Under the pieces are notes generated by a model. It was given only the letters and a program-made list of their open reading frames with translations. It searched no databases and had not been told where the DNA came from. Shown here piece after piece: positions 39,136-52,677 of a DNA stretch of 64,000 nt (the first letter of the stretch is position 1; each line of letters begins with the position of its first letter). Both the position numbers and the translations under genes were made by a program. The DNA comes from an uncultured delta proteobacterium (GTDB taxonomy: Bacteria > Desulfobacterota > Binatia > HRBIN30 > BPIQ01), in NCBI GenBank assembly GCA_963761335.1, contig CAVXGR010000018.1, forward strand, positions 320,001 to 384,000, given 5' to 3'.

Positions 39136-40836
39136 CTAATCGGGCATGGTGACGCGCACGACCTCTTCCATGGTCGTCAGCCCTTCTCGGAGCTTCTGCA
39201 AGCCGCTCAACCTCAGGCTCCTCATTCCTCCCGCCATGGCTCCCTTCTTGATGTCCGGGGCCGAGGCGCCGGTGAGCACCAGCTCGCGCAGGTCGTCGGT
39301 CATCGGCATGACCTCGTAGAGGGCGATACGGCCCCGATAACCGGTGCCGTTGCACTGCGGGCAGCCGGCGCCGTGGAAGGGCGTGAAGGTGCCGATCTCC
39401 TCGCGCGGAATGCCGATGTCGATCAGTGCCTGCGGCGGCAGCTCTGCCGGCGCCTTGCACCCCTGGCAAATGACCCGCGCCAGGCGTTGCGCCAGAATCA
39501 GGTTCACCGACGAGGCGACGAGAAACGGCTCGATGCCCATGTTGAGCAGGCGGTTGACGGTCGACGGTGCGTCGTTCGTGTGCAGCGTGCTCAGCACCAG
39601 GTGACCGGTGAGGGCCGCCTTGATGGAGATCTCCGCCGTCTCGAAGTCGCGGACCTCGCCGACCATGATGATGTCCGGGTCCTGCCGAAGAAAGGCGCGC
39701 AGGGCGTTGGCGAAGTTGAGGCCGATGTCGTCGTGGATCTGCACCTGGTTGATGCCGACCAGATTGAACTCGACCGGATCCTCCGCAGTGGAGATGTTGG
39801 TGGCGATCTTGTTGAGCTCCGAGAGCGCCGAGTACAGCGTCGTCGTCTTGCCGCTGCCGGTGGGGCCGGTGACCAGCACCATGCCGTAGGGCTTGTAGAT
39901 GGATTCCTTGAAGTCGCGCAGCGCGCTCTCTTCGAAGCCGAGCTTGGTCATGTCGAGCTGCAGGTTCGACTTGTCGAGCAGGCGCAGGACGATCTTCTCG
40001 CCGAAGATGGTCGGCAGCACCGAGACGCGGAAGTCCATCTCCTGCCCGGGGCCGAACTTGAGCTTGATGCGTCCGTCCTGAGGCAGGCGGCGTTCGGCAA
40101 TGTCCATGTTCGACATCACTTTGACACGCGATGTGATGGCGTTCTTGAGCTTCAGCGGCGGCTTCATGATCTCTTCGAGAACGCCGTCGCAGCGGAAGCG
40201 GACGCGGAACATCTTCTCGAAGGGCTCGAGATGGATATCGCTGCAACGCCTCTTGATGGCGTTGGTGAGGATGGCGTTCACCAGGCGCACGACGGGGGCG
40301 TCTTCGGTCGCCCTCTCGAGCTCCTTGAGATCGACCTCCTCCTCCTGCTGGACCAGCTCGAAATCGTCGCTCTCGAGCTCGGTGAGCACCTGGTCGTAGT
40401 TGGAGTGCTCGTCATAGTGCGCCTCGATCGCCTTCTGGATCGTCGAGACCGAGCCGACCGCGACCTTCACGTCGTATCCGGTGATGAATTTCACCTCGTT
40501 GAGCGCCACGAAGTTCGACGGATCCGACATCGCCACCGTCAGAGTCGACCCCGTCTGCCCGATGGGGATCATCTCGTGTCGGTGCACCAGGGTGGCCGGT
40601 ATGACCCGCAGGATCTCGGTGGGCAGGTCCATGCCCGAAGGGTCGACCAGGGGCAGCCGATATTCGCGCTGCAGGAAGGTGGTCAGGTCATCCTCGTTGA
40701 TGAAGCCGAGACCGACGAGAATGGAGCTGAGGCCTCCTCCTTCCTCCTTCTGTTTGTCGGCAGCGGTCCCCAGCTGCGCGGCAGTGAGGTGGCCGCGCTT
40801 GACCAAGATTTCGCCCAGTCGGCTGCTCATAGACAT
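39136..40836 (-). CDS. pilB: Type IVa pilus extension ATPase with N-terminal MshEN-type motif
   Basis: RLGEILV..G, GPTGSGKTTT, TAEDPVE, RQDPD...GEVRD, GHLVLSTLHTN, tetracysteine. Confidence 0.96.
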   Translation of the reverse strand: MSMSSRLGEILVKRGHLTAAQLGTAADKQKEEGGGLSSILVGLGFINEDDLTTFLQREYRLPLVDPSGMDLPTEILRVIPATLVHRHEMIPIGQTGSTLTVAMSDPSNFVALNEVKFITGYDVKVAVGSVSTIQKAIEAHYDEHSNYDQVLTELESDDFELVQQEEEVDLKELERATEDAPVVRLVNAILTNAIKRRCSDIHLEPFEKMFRVRFRCDGVLEEIMKPPLKLKNAITSRVKVMSNMDIAERRLPQDGRIKLKFGPGQEMDFRVSVLPTIFGEKIVLRLLDKSNLQLDMTKLGFEESALRDFKESIYKPYGMVLVTGPTGSGKTTTLYSALSELNKIATNISTAEDPVEFNLVGINQVQIHDDIGLNFANALRAFLRQDPDIIMVGEVRDFETAEISIKAALTGHLVLSTLHTNDAPSTVNRLLNMGIEPFLVASSVNLILAQRLARVICQGCKAPAELPPQALIDIGIPREEIGTFTPFHGAGCPQCNGTGYRGRIALYEVMPMTDDLRELVLTGASAPDIKKGAMAGGMRSLRLSGLQKLREGLTTMEEVVRVTMPD

Positions 40837-40896
40837 GCTAAGCCTATAACACGTTTCGCGCCAGAGGCGGTGGGCTCGTCGGCTCTGGCTATCGGC

Positions 40897-41751
40897 TCAG
40901 TGAGCGGTGCGTTGTTGCGCCCGTAGCGCACCTGCCATGACATCTAATGGAGGACGCCGTCCCGTCCACAGAGTGAATGCTGCGGCCCCCTGGTGCAGGA
41001 GCATGGAGGTGCCGTCGAGGGCAGGCCGCTCATAGCGTTTAGCCTGCTGCAGAAAGTCGGTGCGGCGCCCGTAGATGAGGTCGTAGAAGAGGCAGTGAGG
41101 GGGGGTGGCGGAGTATTCGAGAAGGGGAAACTTCTCGCCGTGGAGACCGATCGACGTGGCGTTGACGATGAGGTCGATGGTCGTCAACGCCTTGACGTTC
41201 GTCAGTCGGTCGAGGTCGGCGGTACGCACCTCGATTTCCTGCCCGGCGAAGTGGCGCTGCAAGGCGCGTTTTCGCCCGGCGCTGCGGTTGACGACGCAGA
41301 TCTCGACGGCGCCGCCGCGGTGCAGCCCGGCGACTGCCGCCCGCCCGGCGCCTCCGGCGCCGACCACCAGGGCGCGGGCGCCGCGCAGGCGCCCACCGGC
41401 GTCGCGCAGGCCGCGAACGAAACCCGTGACGTCGGTATTCTCGCCGACGAGGCGGTCGCGGCGCCAGTAGATGGTGTTCACGGCGGCGATCAGGCGGGCG
41501 TTCTCGTCGAGGTCATCGAGATGGCCGACGACCCTCTCCTTGTGCGGAACGGTGACGTTCAGGCCCGCCAGGCGCAGGGCTCGCATGGCGCGCACGGCCC
41601 CCCCGGCCTGGCCCGCAGCGACGTGGAGCGGGACATAGACGTAGTCGAGCCCGAGCGCGGCGAAGGCGGCGTTGTGCATCGCCGGCGAGAGAGAATGGGC
41701 GATCGGGTCGCCGATGATGCCGACCACCCTTGTCTTGCCGGAGATGTGCAT
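40897..41751 (-). CDS. aroE: Shikimate dehydrogenase
   Basis: HSLSPAMHN, NVTVPHK, AVNT, NTD..G, GAGGAG. Confidence 0.95.
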   Translation of the reverse strand: MHISGKTRVVGIIGDPIAHSLSPAMHNAAFAALGLDYVYVPLHVAAGQAGGAVRAMRALRLAGLNVTVPHKERVVGHLDDLDENARLIAAVNTIYWRRDRLVGENTDVTGFVRGLRDAGGRLRGARALVVGAGGAGRAAVAGLHRGGAVEICVVNRSAGRKRALQRHFAGQEIEVRTADLDRLTNVKALTTIDLIVNATSIGLHGEKFPLLEYSATPPHCLFYDLIYGRRTDFLQQAKRYERPALDGTSMLLHQGAAAFTLWTGRRPPLDVMAGALRAQQRTAH

Positions 41752-41786
41752 CGGACCGGACCGGCCGCGCCGCCGGGCCCCCCGCG

Positions 41787-44720
<2,934 letters not shown>

Positions 44721-44727
44721 CGAACCT

Positions 44728-46056
44728 CTAAACCTCGATGCGTCGCCGCAGCTCTTCGACGAGCCGCTCAATTGGGAGGCGTTGCTGCTCCATGCTGTCG
44801 CGTTCCCGCAGGGTGACGGTGTTGTCGTCCAGTGTCTGATGATCGACGGTGATGCCGAACGGCGTGCCGATCTCGTCCTGGCGCCGGTAGCGCCTGCCGA
44901 TGGCCCCCGCCTGGTCGTACTGAACGGTGAAATGGGGTCGCAGCAGATCCTCGACCTCGCGGGCCTTCTCCGGATGGCCGTTCTTGCGCAGGAGGGGGAA
45001 GATGCCGGCCTTCACGGGGGCGATCCGCGGATGAAAGCGCAGCACCACGCGCGGCTCGCCATCGGCGACGTCTTCATCGTAGGCGTCGACGAGAAAGGCG
45101 AGAGTGGCGCGGTCGGCTCCCGCCGCCGGCTCGATGACGTAGGGGACGAAACGCTCGCGAGTCTCCTCGTCGAAGTAGCTCAGATCCTTGCCGCTGTACT
45201 CGGCGTGGCGCTTGAGATCGAAATCGGTGCGGTTGGCGATGCCCTCGAGCTCCGACCAGCCGAAGGGGAACTCGTACTCGACGTCGGCGCAGCCCTTGGC
45301 GTAATGCGCCAGCTCGTCGGTGCTGTGCGGCCGCAGTCGCAGCCGCTCGGCGCGGATGCCCAGGCGCTTGTACCAATCGAAACGCTCCTGCAGCCAGTAC
45401 TCGAACCAGCGGTCGTCTTCGCCGGGCTTCACGAAGAACTCCATCTCCATCTGCTCGAACTCGCGCGTGCGGAAGAGGAAGTTGCCGGGCGTGATCTCGT
45501 TGCGGAACGACTTGCCGATCTGGGCGATGCCGAAGGGGATCTTTTGCCGCGCCATGGTGACCACGTTCTCGAAGTTGACGAACATGCCCTGCGCCGTTTC
45601 CGGGCGCAGAAAGACGACATTGGCCGTGTCCTCCACCGGACCCATGAAGGTCTTGAACATGAGGTTGAACTGCCGGGCCTCGGTCAGCTCGCCGCCGCAC
45701 TCGCCGGGATGCTTGGACGGCTTCTCCGGGCAGCGGACATCCTCGAGCTTGTCGGCCCGGAAGCGCCCCTTGCACTTCTTGCAGTCGACCATCGGGTCGG
45801 TGAAGCCGGCGACGTGGCCGGACGCCTCCCAGACCCGCGGGTGCATGAGGATGGCGCAGTCGATGCCGACCACGTCGCGGCGGGCGCGCACCATGTCGCG
45901 CCACCAGGCTTCCTTGACGTTGCGCTTGAGCTCGATTCCCACCGGGCCGTAGTCCCAGCAGGACGCCAGACCTCCGTAGATCTCGCTCGACTGCATCGCG
46001 AAGCCCCGCCGCTTGGCGAGGCTCACGATCTTCTCCATGGTCACCGGGCCGCTCAT
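44728..46056 (-). CDS. glyQS: Glycine--tRNA ligase, homodimeric alpha2 type
   Basis: EIYGG...[45 protein letters not shown]. Confidence 0.95.
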   Translation of the reverse strand: MSGPVTMEKIVSLAKRRGFAMQSSEIYGGLASCWDYGPVGIELKRNVKEAWWRDMVRARRDVVGIDCAILMHPRVWEASGHVAGFTDPMVDCKKCKGRFRADKLEDVRCPEKPSKHPGECGGELTEARQFNLMFKTFMGPVEDTANVVFLRPETAQGMFVNFENVVTMARQKIPFGIAQIGKSFRNEITPGNFLFRTREFEQMEMEFFVKPGEDDRWFEYWLQERFDWYKRLGIRAERLRLRPHSTDELAHYAKGCADVEYEFPFGWSELEGIANRTDFDLKRHAEYSGKDLSYFDEETRERFVPYVIEPAAGADRATLAFLVDAYDEDVADGEPRVVLRFHPRIAPVKAGIFPLLRKNGHPEKAREVEDLLRPHFTVQYDQAGAIGRRYRRQDEIGTPFGITVDHQTLDDNTVTLRERDSMEQQRLPIERLVEELRRRIEV

Positions 46057-46185
46057 TGTCCTTAAAGGACGTGGGTGTACCACGTGTGCTCGGGGGCAGC
46101 AATCTGCCCATGGGGACAGGCGACTTTTGCGGCTCGTGGAAGCTCGCTGGCGCCGCAATGAGGGCGCAAGACTTGCCTGTCCCCC

Positions 46186-46944
46186 TCACGCGTTCTCGAT
46201 GGCGGCGATGAACTGCAGCGAGCGCAGCGGCTGCGGCAGGTGCGCGGAGAGGAGCTTGCCGGTGAGGTCGGCGGCCTGGCGGGCGATGTCCGGTCCCAGG
46301 CGCAGGGCGCCGCAGCTCGCCAGCGGGGTGTCGGTGAGGCGCGCCAGCGCCGCGAAGGTGGGGCTGTCGAAGCGGTCCGCCGCGGCCCGGCCGGCGCCGC
46401 AGGCGGCGCACAGCAGCTCGCCGTGGATACCGTCGTAGAAGCAGTGCGCCGCCGACTCGAAGGGTTGCTGGCAGCGCCCGCAGCCGTGCAGCGGCGGTCC
46501 GTAGCCGAGGTCGCGGAGGAGCTGGAGCTCGAAGCTCCGCAGCAGCGCCGAGGTCGCCGGTCCCACCTCGATCGCCCCCAATGCACTGGTGAGGAGGTCG
46601 TAGATCTCGGTGATGGGATCGTCCTCGTGGGTCAGGCGGTCGACCAGCTCGAGCAGATAGCTGCCGTAGGCGAAGCGGTTGGGGCTGGCCAGGTCCTGAG
46701 CGGACTGTATCAGATCGCAGCGCTCCAGGAAGGCGAGGCCTGCCCCGGCGCGGGTGCGGAAGTGCACCCGCACCCGCGCCATCGGCTCGAGACAGTTGGG
46801 AAAGCGGCGGCGGGAGTTCTTGGCGCCCTTGGCGATGCCGGTGAGCTTGCCGAAATCGCGGGTGAGGAAGGTCGTGATCTTGTCGACCTCGCCGTACGGA
46901 CGGGCCCGCAGCACGACCGCCAGGCTCGACTGCGATTGCGGCAT
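46186..46944 (-). CDS. recO: DNA repair protein RecO
   Basis: YGEVDKI, GK...AKGA..SRRRF, GY.P....C..C zinc finger. Confidence 0.92.
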   Translation of the reverse strand: MPQSQSSLAVVLRARPYGEVDKITTFLTRDFGKLTGIAKGAKNSRRRFPNCLEPMARVRVHFRTRAGAGLAFLERCDLIQSAQDLASPNRFAYGSYLLELVDRLTHEDDPITEIYDLLTSALGAIEVGPATSALLRSFELQLLRDLGYGPPLHGCGRCQQPFESAAHCFYDGIHGELLCAACGAGRAAADRFDSPTFAALARLTDTPLASCGALRLGPDIARQAADLTGKLLSAHLPQPLRSLQFIAAIENA

Positions 46945-46973
46945 TTCTCGTCAGCTATCACCGGGTTACGACC

Positions 46974-47002
46974 TTGACAAGGTATGGGTCGGTTCTTAGC
47001 TT
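46974..47002 (+). promoter_or_regulatory. Sigma70-type promoter for grpE-dnaK-dnaJ
   Basis: TTGACA-N17-TAGCTT. Confidence 0.65.
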
Positions 47003-47061
47003 GCCGCCTGACCAGCGGCTCGTTCGAGTTCGCAACCATCCGCAAAATCCCGAGGAGGATC

Positions 47062-47721
47062 ATGGGTTTCGGCAGCAGAGACAAGAATCGAGTGCCGCCG
47101 CAGGGGGGCGACCAGGGGAGCGAGGACGAGCGCCTGCGGGAGAGCTCGCCGGATCTTTTGCGGCAAGCGGCCGCAGACGCGCCCCAGGGGCTAGATCCGA
47201 GCCCGGAAGAGGAGATCGCTCGTCTGCGTCAAGAGCTCTCCGAGAAAGAGGTGGAGGCGGCTGCGTGCCGCGATCAGTTCCTGCGCGAACGCGCCGAGCT
47301 GGAGAACTTCAAGAGACGCAGCCGCCGCGATCAGGCCGAGAGCCTGCGCTTCGCCTGCGAGCCCCTCATCCGCGATCTGCTGCCGGCCGTCGACAACCTG
47401 GAGCGCGCCGTACAGCACGCCGCCGGCGGAGGCAACGGCGCTCCCCTGGTCGAGGGCGTGACCCTGGTGCTCAAGTCGCTCGAGGACACCCTCCGGCGTC
47501 ACGGGGTCACCATCGTCGACGCCGCCCCGGGAGAGGTCTTCGATCCCACCCGCCACGAGGCGCTTGCCCGTGTCGAGATGGACGGCGAGCCGAACCGCAT
47601 CGTCAACCAGCACGAGCGCGGCGCTTTCCTGCACGACCGCCTGCTGCGTCCCGCCAAGGTGGTGGTTTCCTGTGCCAGGCCGGCGGCAGACGCGGTTGAA
47701 ACCCCCGGAGAGGATGATTAA
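47062..47721 (+). CDS. grpE: Nucleotide exchange factor GrpE
   Basis: AELENFKRR, LLP.VDNLERA, FDP..HEA, RLLRPAKVVV; GAGGAGG RBS. Confidence 0.95.
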   Translation: MGFGSRDKNRVPPQGGDQGSEDERLRESSPDLLRQAAADAPQGLDPSPEEEIARLRQELSEKEVEAAACRDQFLRERAELENFKRRSRRDQAESLRFACEPLIRDLLPAVDNLERAVQHAAGGGNGAPLVEGVTLVLKSLEDTLRRHGVTIVDAAPGEVFDPTRHEALARVEMDGEPNRIVNQHERGAFLHDRLLRPAKVVVSCARPAADAVETPGEDD

Positions 47722-47778
47722 CGGCAACCATCTGCTCGTTGGACATCCAGTCGGCGGCGGGCGGACAAGGAGAAGAGA

Positions 47779-49701
47779 ATGGCAAAAGTAATTGGAATTG
47801 ATCTGGGAACCACCAACTCCTGCGTCGCGATCATGGAGGGTGGCGATCCGACCGTCATTGCGAATGCCGAGGGAGGGCGAACCACGCCCTCGGTCGTCGC
47901 CTTCACCGAGGGCGGCGAGCGCCTGGCCGGGCAGATCGCCCGGCGCCAGGCGATCACCAATCCGGAAAACACCATCTGGGCGGTGAAGCGCCTGATCGGG
48001 CGCCGCTTCGAGGACCCGGAGGTGCAGAAGGCGATCAAGATATCCCCGTACAAGATCGTCAAGGCCGACAACGGCGACGCCTGGGTGGAGGTGCGCGGCA
48101 AGAAGTACAGTCCCGCGGAGATCTCCGCCTTCATTCTGCAGAAGATGAAGCAGACCGCCGAGGACTATCTCGGCGAGAAGGTCTCCGAGGCCGTGATCAC
48201 CGTTCCCGCCTACTTCAACGACAGCCAGCGCCAGGCGACCAAGGACGCCGGCCGCATCTCCGGTCTCAACGTCCTGCGCATCATCAACGAGCCGACAGCG
48301 GCCTCCCTCGCCTACGGTCTCGACAAGAAGAAGGACGAGAAGATCGCCGTCTTCGACCTGGGCGGCGGCACCTTCGACATCTCCATCCTGGAGATCGGCG
48401 ACGGCGTCTTCGAGGTGAAGGCGACCAACGGCGACACCTTTCTCGGCGGCGAGGACTTCGACCAGCGCGTCATCGATTATCTGGCGGATGAGTTCAAGAA
48501 GGACCAGGGCATCGACCTGCGCGGCGACCGCATGGCGCTCCAGCGCCTGAAAGAGGCCGCCGAGAAGGCCAAGTGCGAGCTGTCGACGTCGATGGAGACC
48601 GACATCAATCTGCCCTTCATCACCGCCGACCAGTCGGGGCCGAAGCATCTGAACATGAAGCTCACCCGCTCGAAGCTCGAGGCCCTGGTGGCCGATCTGC
48701 TGGACAAGCTCGACGGGCCCTGCGTGACCGCCCTGCGCGATGCCGGGCTGAGCGCCGGCGAGATCAACGAGGTGGTCCTGGTCGGCGGCATGACCCGCAT
48801 GCCGGCGGTGCAGGCGCGCGTCAAGAAGATCTTCGGCAAGGAGCCGCACAAGGGCGTCAATCCCGATGAGGTCGTTGCCCTGGGCGCCGCCATTCAGGCC
48901 GGCGTGCTCAAGGGAGACGTGAAGGACGTTCTGCTCCTCGACGTGACGCCGCTGTCGCTCGGCATCGAGACGCTGGGCGGCGTCTTCACCAAGCTCATCG
49001 ACAAGAATACCACCATCCCCAGCAAGAAGAGCCAGGTGTTCTCGACGGCAGCCGACAACCAGACGGCGGTGACCATCCGGGTCTTCCAGGGCGAGCGCGA
49101 GATGGCGGCGGACAACAAGCTGCTCGGCCAGTTCGACCTGGTCGGCATTCCGCCGGCGCCGCGCGGCCTGCCGCAGGTCGAAGTCAGCTTCGACATCGAC
49201 GCCAACGGCATCGTGCACGTCAGCGCCAAGGACCTGGGCACCGGCAAGGAGCAGTCCATCCGCATCACCGCCTCGAGCGGTCTCTCCGAGCAGGAGATCA
49301 AGCAGATGGTGCGCGACGCGGAGCAGCACGCCGCCGACGACCACAAACGGCGCGAGACGGCGGAGGCGCGCAACCAGCTCGACTCGCTCGTCTACACCAC
49401 CGAGAAGTCGCTTCAGGAGCACGGCTCCGAGCTCGACGCCGGCTCGCGCGGCGACGTCGAGCAGGCTCTCGAGCGCGCCAAGAAGGCGCTCGAAGGTCAG
49501 GACGCCGCCGAGATGAAGTCCGCGGGCGAAGCTCTCACCACGGCGTCGCACAAGCTGGCCGAGGCGATCTACGCCAAGGCGAGCAAGCAGCAGGCCGGCG
49601 GCGCCCAGGGCGAGCCGCAGTCCGATGGCGGCGCGCCGCCGCAGGGCGAGGAGAAGGAGAACGTGGTCGACGCCGACTTCGAAGAGGTGAAGGGGCAGTA
49701 G
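47779..49701 (+). CDS. dnaK: Chaperone DnaK
   Basis: [27 protein letters not shown]-terminal DADFEEV. Confidence 0.99.
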   Translation: MAKVIGIDLGTTNSCVAIMEGGDPTVIANAEGGRTTPSVVAFTEGGERLAGQIARRQAITNPENTIWAVKRLIGRRFEDPEVQKAIKISPYKIVKADNGDAWVEVRGKKYSPAEISAFILQKMKQTAEDYLGEKVSEAVITVPAYFNDSQRQATKDAGRISGLNVLRIINEPTAASLAYGLDKKKDEKIAVFDLGGGTFDISILEIGDGVFEVKATNGDTFLGGEDFDQRVIDYLADEFKKDQGIDLRGDRMALQRLKEAAEKAKCELSTSMETDINLPFITADQSGPKHLNMKLTRSKLEALVADLLDKLDGPCVTALRDAGLSAGEINEVVLVGGMTRMPAVQARVKKIFGKEPHKGVNPDEVVALGAAIQAGVLKGDVKDVLLLDVTPLSLGIETLGGVFTKLIDKNTTIPSKKSQVFSTAADNQTAVTIRVFQGEREMAADNKLLGQFDLVGIPPAPRGLPQVEVSFDIDANGIVHVSAKDLGTGKEQSIRITASSGLSEQEIKQMVRDAEQHAADDHKRRETAEARNQLDSLVYTTEKSLQEHGSELDAGSRGDVEQALERAKKALEGQDAAEMKSAGEALTTASHKLAEAIYAKASKQQAGGAQGEPQSDGGAPPQGEEKENVVDADFEEVKGQ

Positions 49702-49735
49702 TAGAGAGACGCGGCGAAATGGGGCCCCTGGGGGC

Positions 49736-49756
49736 GCGGCCGTCCCGGCCGCTTTT
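49736..49756 (+). terminator. Possible intrinsic terminator after dnaK
   Basis: GCGGCCG-TCC-CGGCCGC followed by TTTT. Confidence 0.45.
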
Positions 49757-49865
49757 CCCCATCATATCCCGGGCTCCCCATTCTCACCGCGCCGAGCCGA
49801 ACAGACGGAGCCCTCCCCTCGACTGGGGGTGAGGGCTTTTGTATTCTTCGCGGTCGGAGGACAAC

Positions 49866-50984
49866 GTGGCGCAGAAGCGCGATTACTACGAGGTGCTCGG
49901 CGTCGGCCGGGGCGCCTCCGAAGAAGAGATCAAGAAGGCCTACCGCAAGCTGGCCCTCAAGTTCCATCCGGACCGCAACCCGGAGGATCATTCCGCGGAG
50001 GAGAAGTTCAAGGAGGCGTCCGAGGCGTATCAGATCCTCTGCGACGCGGACCGTCGGGCCCAGTACGATCGCTTCGGTCACGCCGCCTTCGAGCAGGGCC
50101 AGGGTGGTTTCGGCGGCTTCGATTTCGGCGGCCAGGGCTTCGAGGACATCTTCGGAGACCTCTTCGGCGATTTCTTCGGCGCCACCCGCGGCCGCGGCGG
50201 CCGACGGGCGCGGCGCGGCGAGGACCTCCGCCTCGACATCGAGCTCACCTTCGAGGAGGCGGCCTTCGGCACCGAGAAGGTGGTGCAGGTGCCGCGCCTG
50301 GCGACCTGCGGCGAATGCGCGGGAAAGGGAACGCGCAAAGGAAGCGAGCGGGTCACCTGCACCGCCTGTCACGGCAGCGGCCAGATTCGTTTTCAGCAGG
50401 GGTTCTTCAGCATTGCCAAGACCTGCGGCCAGTGCGGCGGCCAGGGCTCGACAATCAAAGATCCGTGCACCACCTGCGGCGGTGCCGGTATGGTCCGCGA
50501 GACGCAGAAGCTGAACGTGAAGATTCCGGCGGGCGTGGATACCGGCTCGCGGCTCAAGCTGCGGGGAGAGGGGGCCGCCGGGCCGAACGGAGGCGCCAAC
50601 GGCGACCTCTACGTGATCATCAGCGTTGCCGAGCATCCGTTCTTCCGGCGCCAAGAGAGCGAGATCATCTGCGACGTGCCGATCAGCTTTGCGCAGGCGG
50701 CGCTCGGCGCCGACATCGAGGTGCCGACCCTCCAGGGCAAGGTGAAGATGAAGATCCCCGCTGGCACCCAGTCGGGAGCGGTTTTCCGCCTGCGCGGCAA
50801 AGGCCTGCCCGATCCCCGCGGCTACGCGCACGGAGACGAGCTGGTGCACGTGATGGTCGAGACGCCGCGGCGATTGACTTCACGGCAGCGCGAGCTCCTC
50901 GAGGAGTTCGCCCGCATCGAGGGAGACGAGGTCAGCCCGATGTCGAAGGGCTTCTTCGACAAGGTGAAGGAAATATTCGAATGA
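49866..50984 (+). CDS. dnaJ: Chaperone DnaJ
   Basis: HPD motif, G/F region, four CxxCxGxG; GTG start after GGAGG. Confidence 0.98.
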   Translation: MAQKRDYYEVLGVGRGASEEEIKKAYRKLALKFHPDRNPEDHSAEEKFKEASEAYQILCDADRRAQYDRFGHAAFEQGQGGFGGFDFGGQGFEDIFGDLFGDFFGATRGRGGRRARRGEDLRLDIELTFEEAAFGTEKVVQVPRLATCGECAGKGTRKGSERVTCTACHGSGQIRFQQGFFSIAKTCGQCGGQGSTIKDPCTTCGGAGMVRETQKLNVKIPAGVDTGSRLKLRGEGAAGPNGGANGDLYVIISVAEHPFFRRQESEIICDVPISFAQAALGADIEVPTLQGKVKMKIPAGTQSGAVFRLRGKGLPDPRGYAHGDELVHVMVETPRRLTSRQRELLEEFARIEGDEVSPMSKGFFDKVKEIFE

Positions 50985-50994
50985 GTGGCGGCCC

Positions 50995-52668
50995 GTGCTG
51001 AACCGCTGGCGGCCGCTCGTCGCGCTTCTCCTGCTCTTCGCCATGGCGGCTTGCGCGCGGCCGCACGAATCCTGGCGCGAGCCCGATCTTCCTCCTCTGC
51101 TGCGGCGCGCCGACGCCGCTTTCCAGCGCCGCGACTATCCCGAGGCGGCCCGCCTGTACGGCTACTTCCTGCAGTACGACCCGCCCGACGAGCTCGTGCC
51201 GCAGGCGATGTACCGCTTGGCGCAAGCGCATTTCCGCCAGCAGCAGTACGAGCCGGCGCGCGCGGTTCTCGACGATCTGCGCGATCGATATCCGGAGCAG
51301 AGCTGGGCGCAGGTGATGGCCCTCTACGGTGATATCGAGGAGCAGGAGGGCAGGGAGGTGACGGCGCTTCTCTGGTGGGATCGCGCCTGGAAGCTCGCGG
51401 CGGAGGGAGAGCGGCGCGAGCTGACGTCGCGCATCACCACCGCGGTTGCCGCGATGCCCGCGGAGGAGCGCCGGCAGGCGCGCGCCGTGATCACCTCGGC
51501 CGAGGTGCAGCGGGCTCTCGACGAAGCCCCGCCGCCGCCGCGTCATCGCAGCACCCCCGCGGCCGTAGAGCCGCAGGCCACGCCGCCGCTGCCATCGCTG
51601 GCGCTCTCGGCGAGGGCGCGGGTCGGCGTGCTGCTGCCGCTGAGCGGGCCGTACCAGAACGTCGGCGAGCACTCGCTGCAGGGCATTCGCCTGGCATTCG
51701 CGGAGCACGAAGACCAGCTCGAGGTCCGCGATACGGCTGGAGACTCCGCCGCGGGTGTGAAGGCACTCGACGATCTTCTCGCCGACCCCGCCGTGGTCGC
51801 CGTCATCGGGCCGCTGCGCAGCGCGGTGGCGGCGGCGGTGGCGCCGCGCGCCGAGAGCGCCGCTCTGCCCCTGCTGCTGCTCTCGCAACGCGAGGGGCTG
51901 AGCGGCAACTTCGTCCTGCAGACCGGGATGACGCGCACCCTGCAGGCGGACACCCTGGTGTCCTACGTGGTGCGCCGCCTCGGCCTGACGCACCTCGGTG
52001 TCTTCTATCCGCGCGATTCCTACGGAAAGGACTTCGCCACCGCCTTCCGCGACGCGGCGCAGCGCGCCGGGGCACAGATCGTCGGCCTCGAGTCCTACGA
52101 TCCCCGCCAGCCGGACACCGGCGTTCTGATCGCGCAGGCGAAGGCCTGGGACGGAGCGGCGCGCCTCGATGCGCTCTTCGTTCCGGACTCCGCGGACGCG
52201 GTGGCTCGCATCGGCCCGTACCTGCGCGAGCAGCTCCCTCACGTCGTCCTTCTGGGCACCAGCTCGTGGAACGAGCCCGGCGTCCTCGCCGGCGTGGCCA
52301 ACGCTCTCGACGGTGCGGTGTTCGTAGACGGCTTCTTCATGCAGAGCAGCCGCCCCGCCACTCGCATTTTCAGCGATCGCTCGCTGGCCCGCTACGGCAC
52401 GCCCGCCGACATCCTCGGCGCCCAGGCGTTCGACGCTGCGTCTCTGGTGTCGTCGGTCCTGGCGAGAGGGGCGCACACGCGCGCCGACGTGCAGCGATCG
52501 CTTCGCGATTTCGGTCTCTATCGCGGCGCCTCGGGGGATATCCAGCTCAGCCGCGGTGAGGTGCATCGCGGGCTCTTTCTGCTCCGCCTGCACCAGGGCG
52601 CCGTGGAGGAGATCGGTGCTTCGGCGGCACCGAGCGTCGAGATGCGCCCCGGCGCGGCGGTGTTTTGA
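50995..52668 (+). CDS. Lipoprotein with TPR and periplasmic-binding-protein folds (LpoA-like)
   Basis: Lipobox MAAC, TPR segment, VGVLLPLSG, VIGPL, A.AFDAA. Confidence 0.75.
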   Translation: MLNRWRPLVALLLLFAMAACARPHESWREPDLPPLLRRADAAFQRRDYPEAARLYGYFLQYDPPDELVPQAMYRLAQAHFRQQQYEPARAVLDDLRDRYPEQSWAQVMALYGDIEEQEGREVTALLWWDRAWKLAAEGERRELTSRITTAVAAMPAEERRQARAVITSAEVQRALDEAPPPPRHRSTPAAVEPQATPPLPSLALSARARVGVLLPLSGPYQNVGEHSLQGIRLAFAEHEDQLEVRDTAGDSAAGVKALDDLLADPAVVAVIGPLRSAVAAAVAPRAESAALPLLLLSQREGLSGNFVLQTGMTRTLQADTLVSYVVRRLGLTHLGVFYPRDSYGKDFATAFRDAAQRAGAQIVGLESYDPRQPDTGVLIAQAKAWDGAARLDALFVPDSADAVARIGPYLREQLPHVVLLGTSSWNEPGVLAGVANALDGAVFVDGFFMQSSRPATRIFSDRSLARYGTPADILGAQAFDAASLVSSVLARGAHTRADVQRSLRDFGLYRGASGDIQLSRGEVHRGLFLLRLHQGAVEEIGASAAPSVEMRPGAAVF

Positions 52669-52677
52669 GAGGGACGC

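Noticed and set aside
47694..47708. GGTTGAAACCCCCGG at the grpE 3' end, matching part of a REP or a sigma32 -35
   Set aside because: Inside coding sequence, the other hairpin arm is absent, and there is no properly spaced CCCCAT -10
47191..49551. 786-aa antisense ORF over dnaK/grpE, and similar long shadow ORFs (41730-44126, 17980-19959, 38995-40926, 35537-37570)
   Set aside because: They overlap well-supported genes; long stop-free alternative frames are expected from high-GC codon bias
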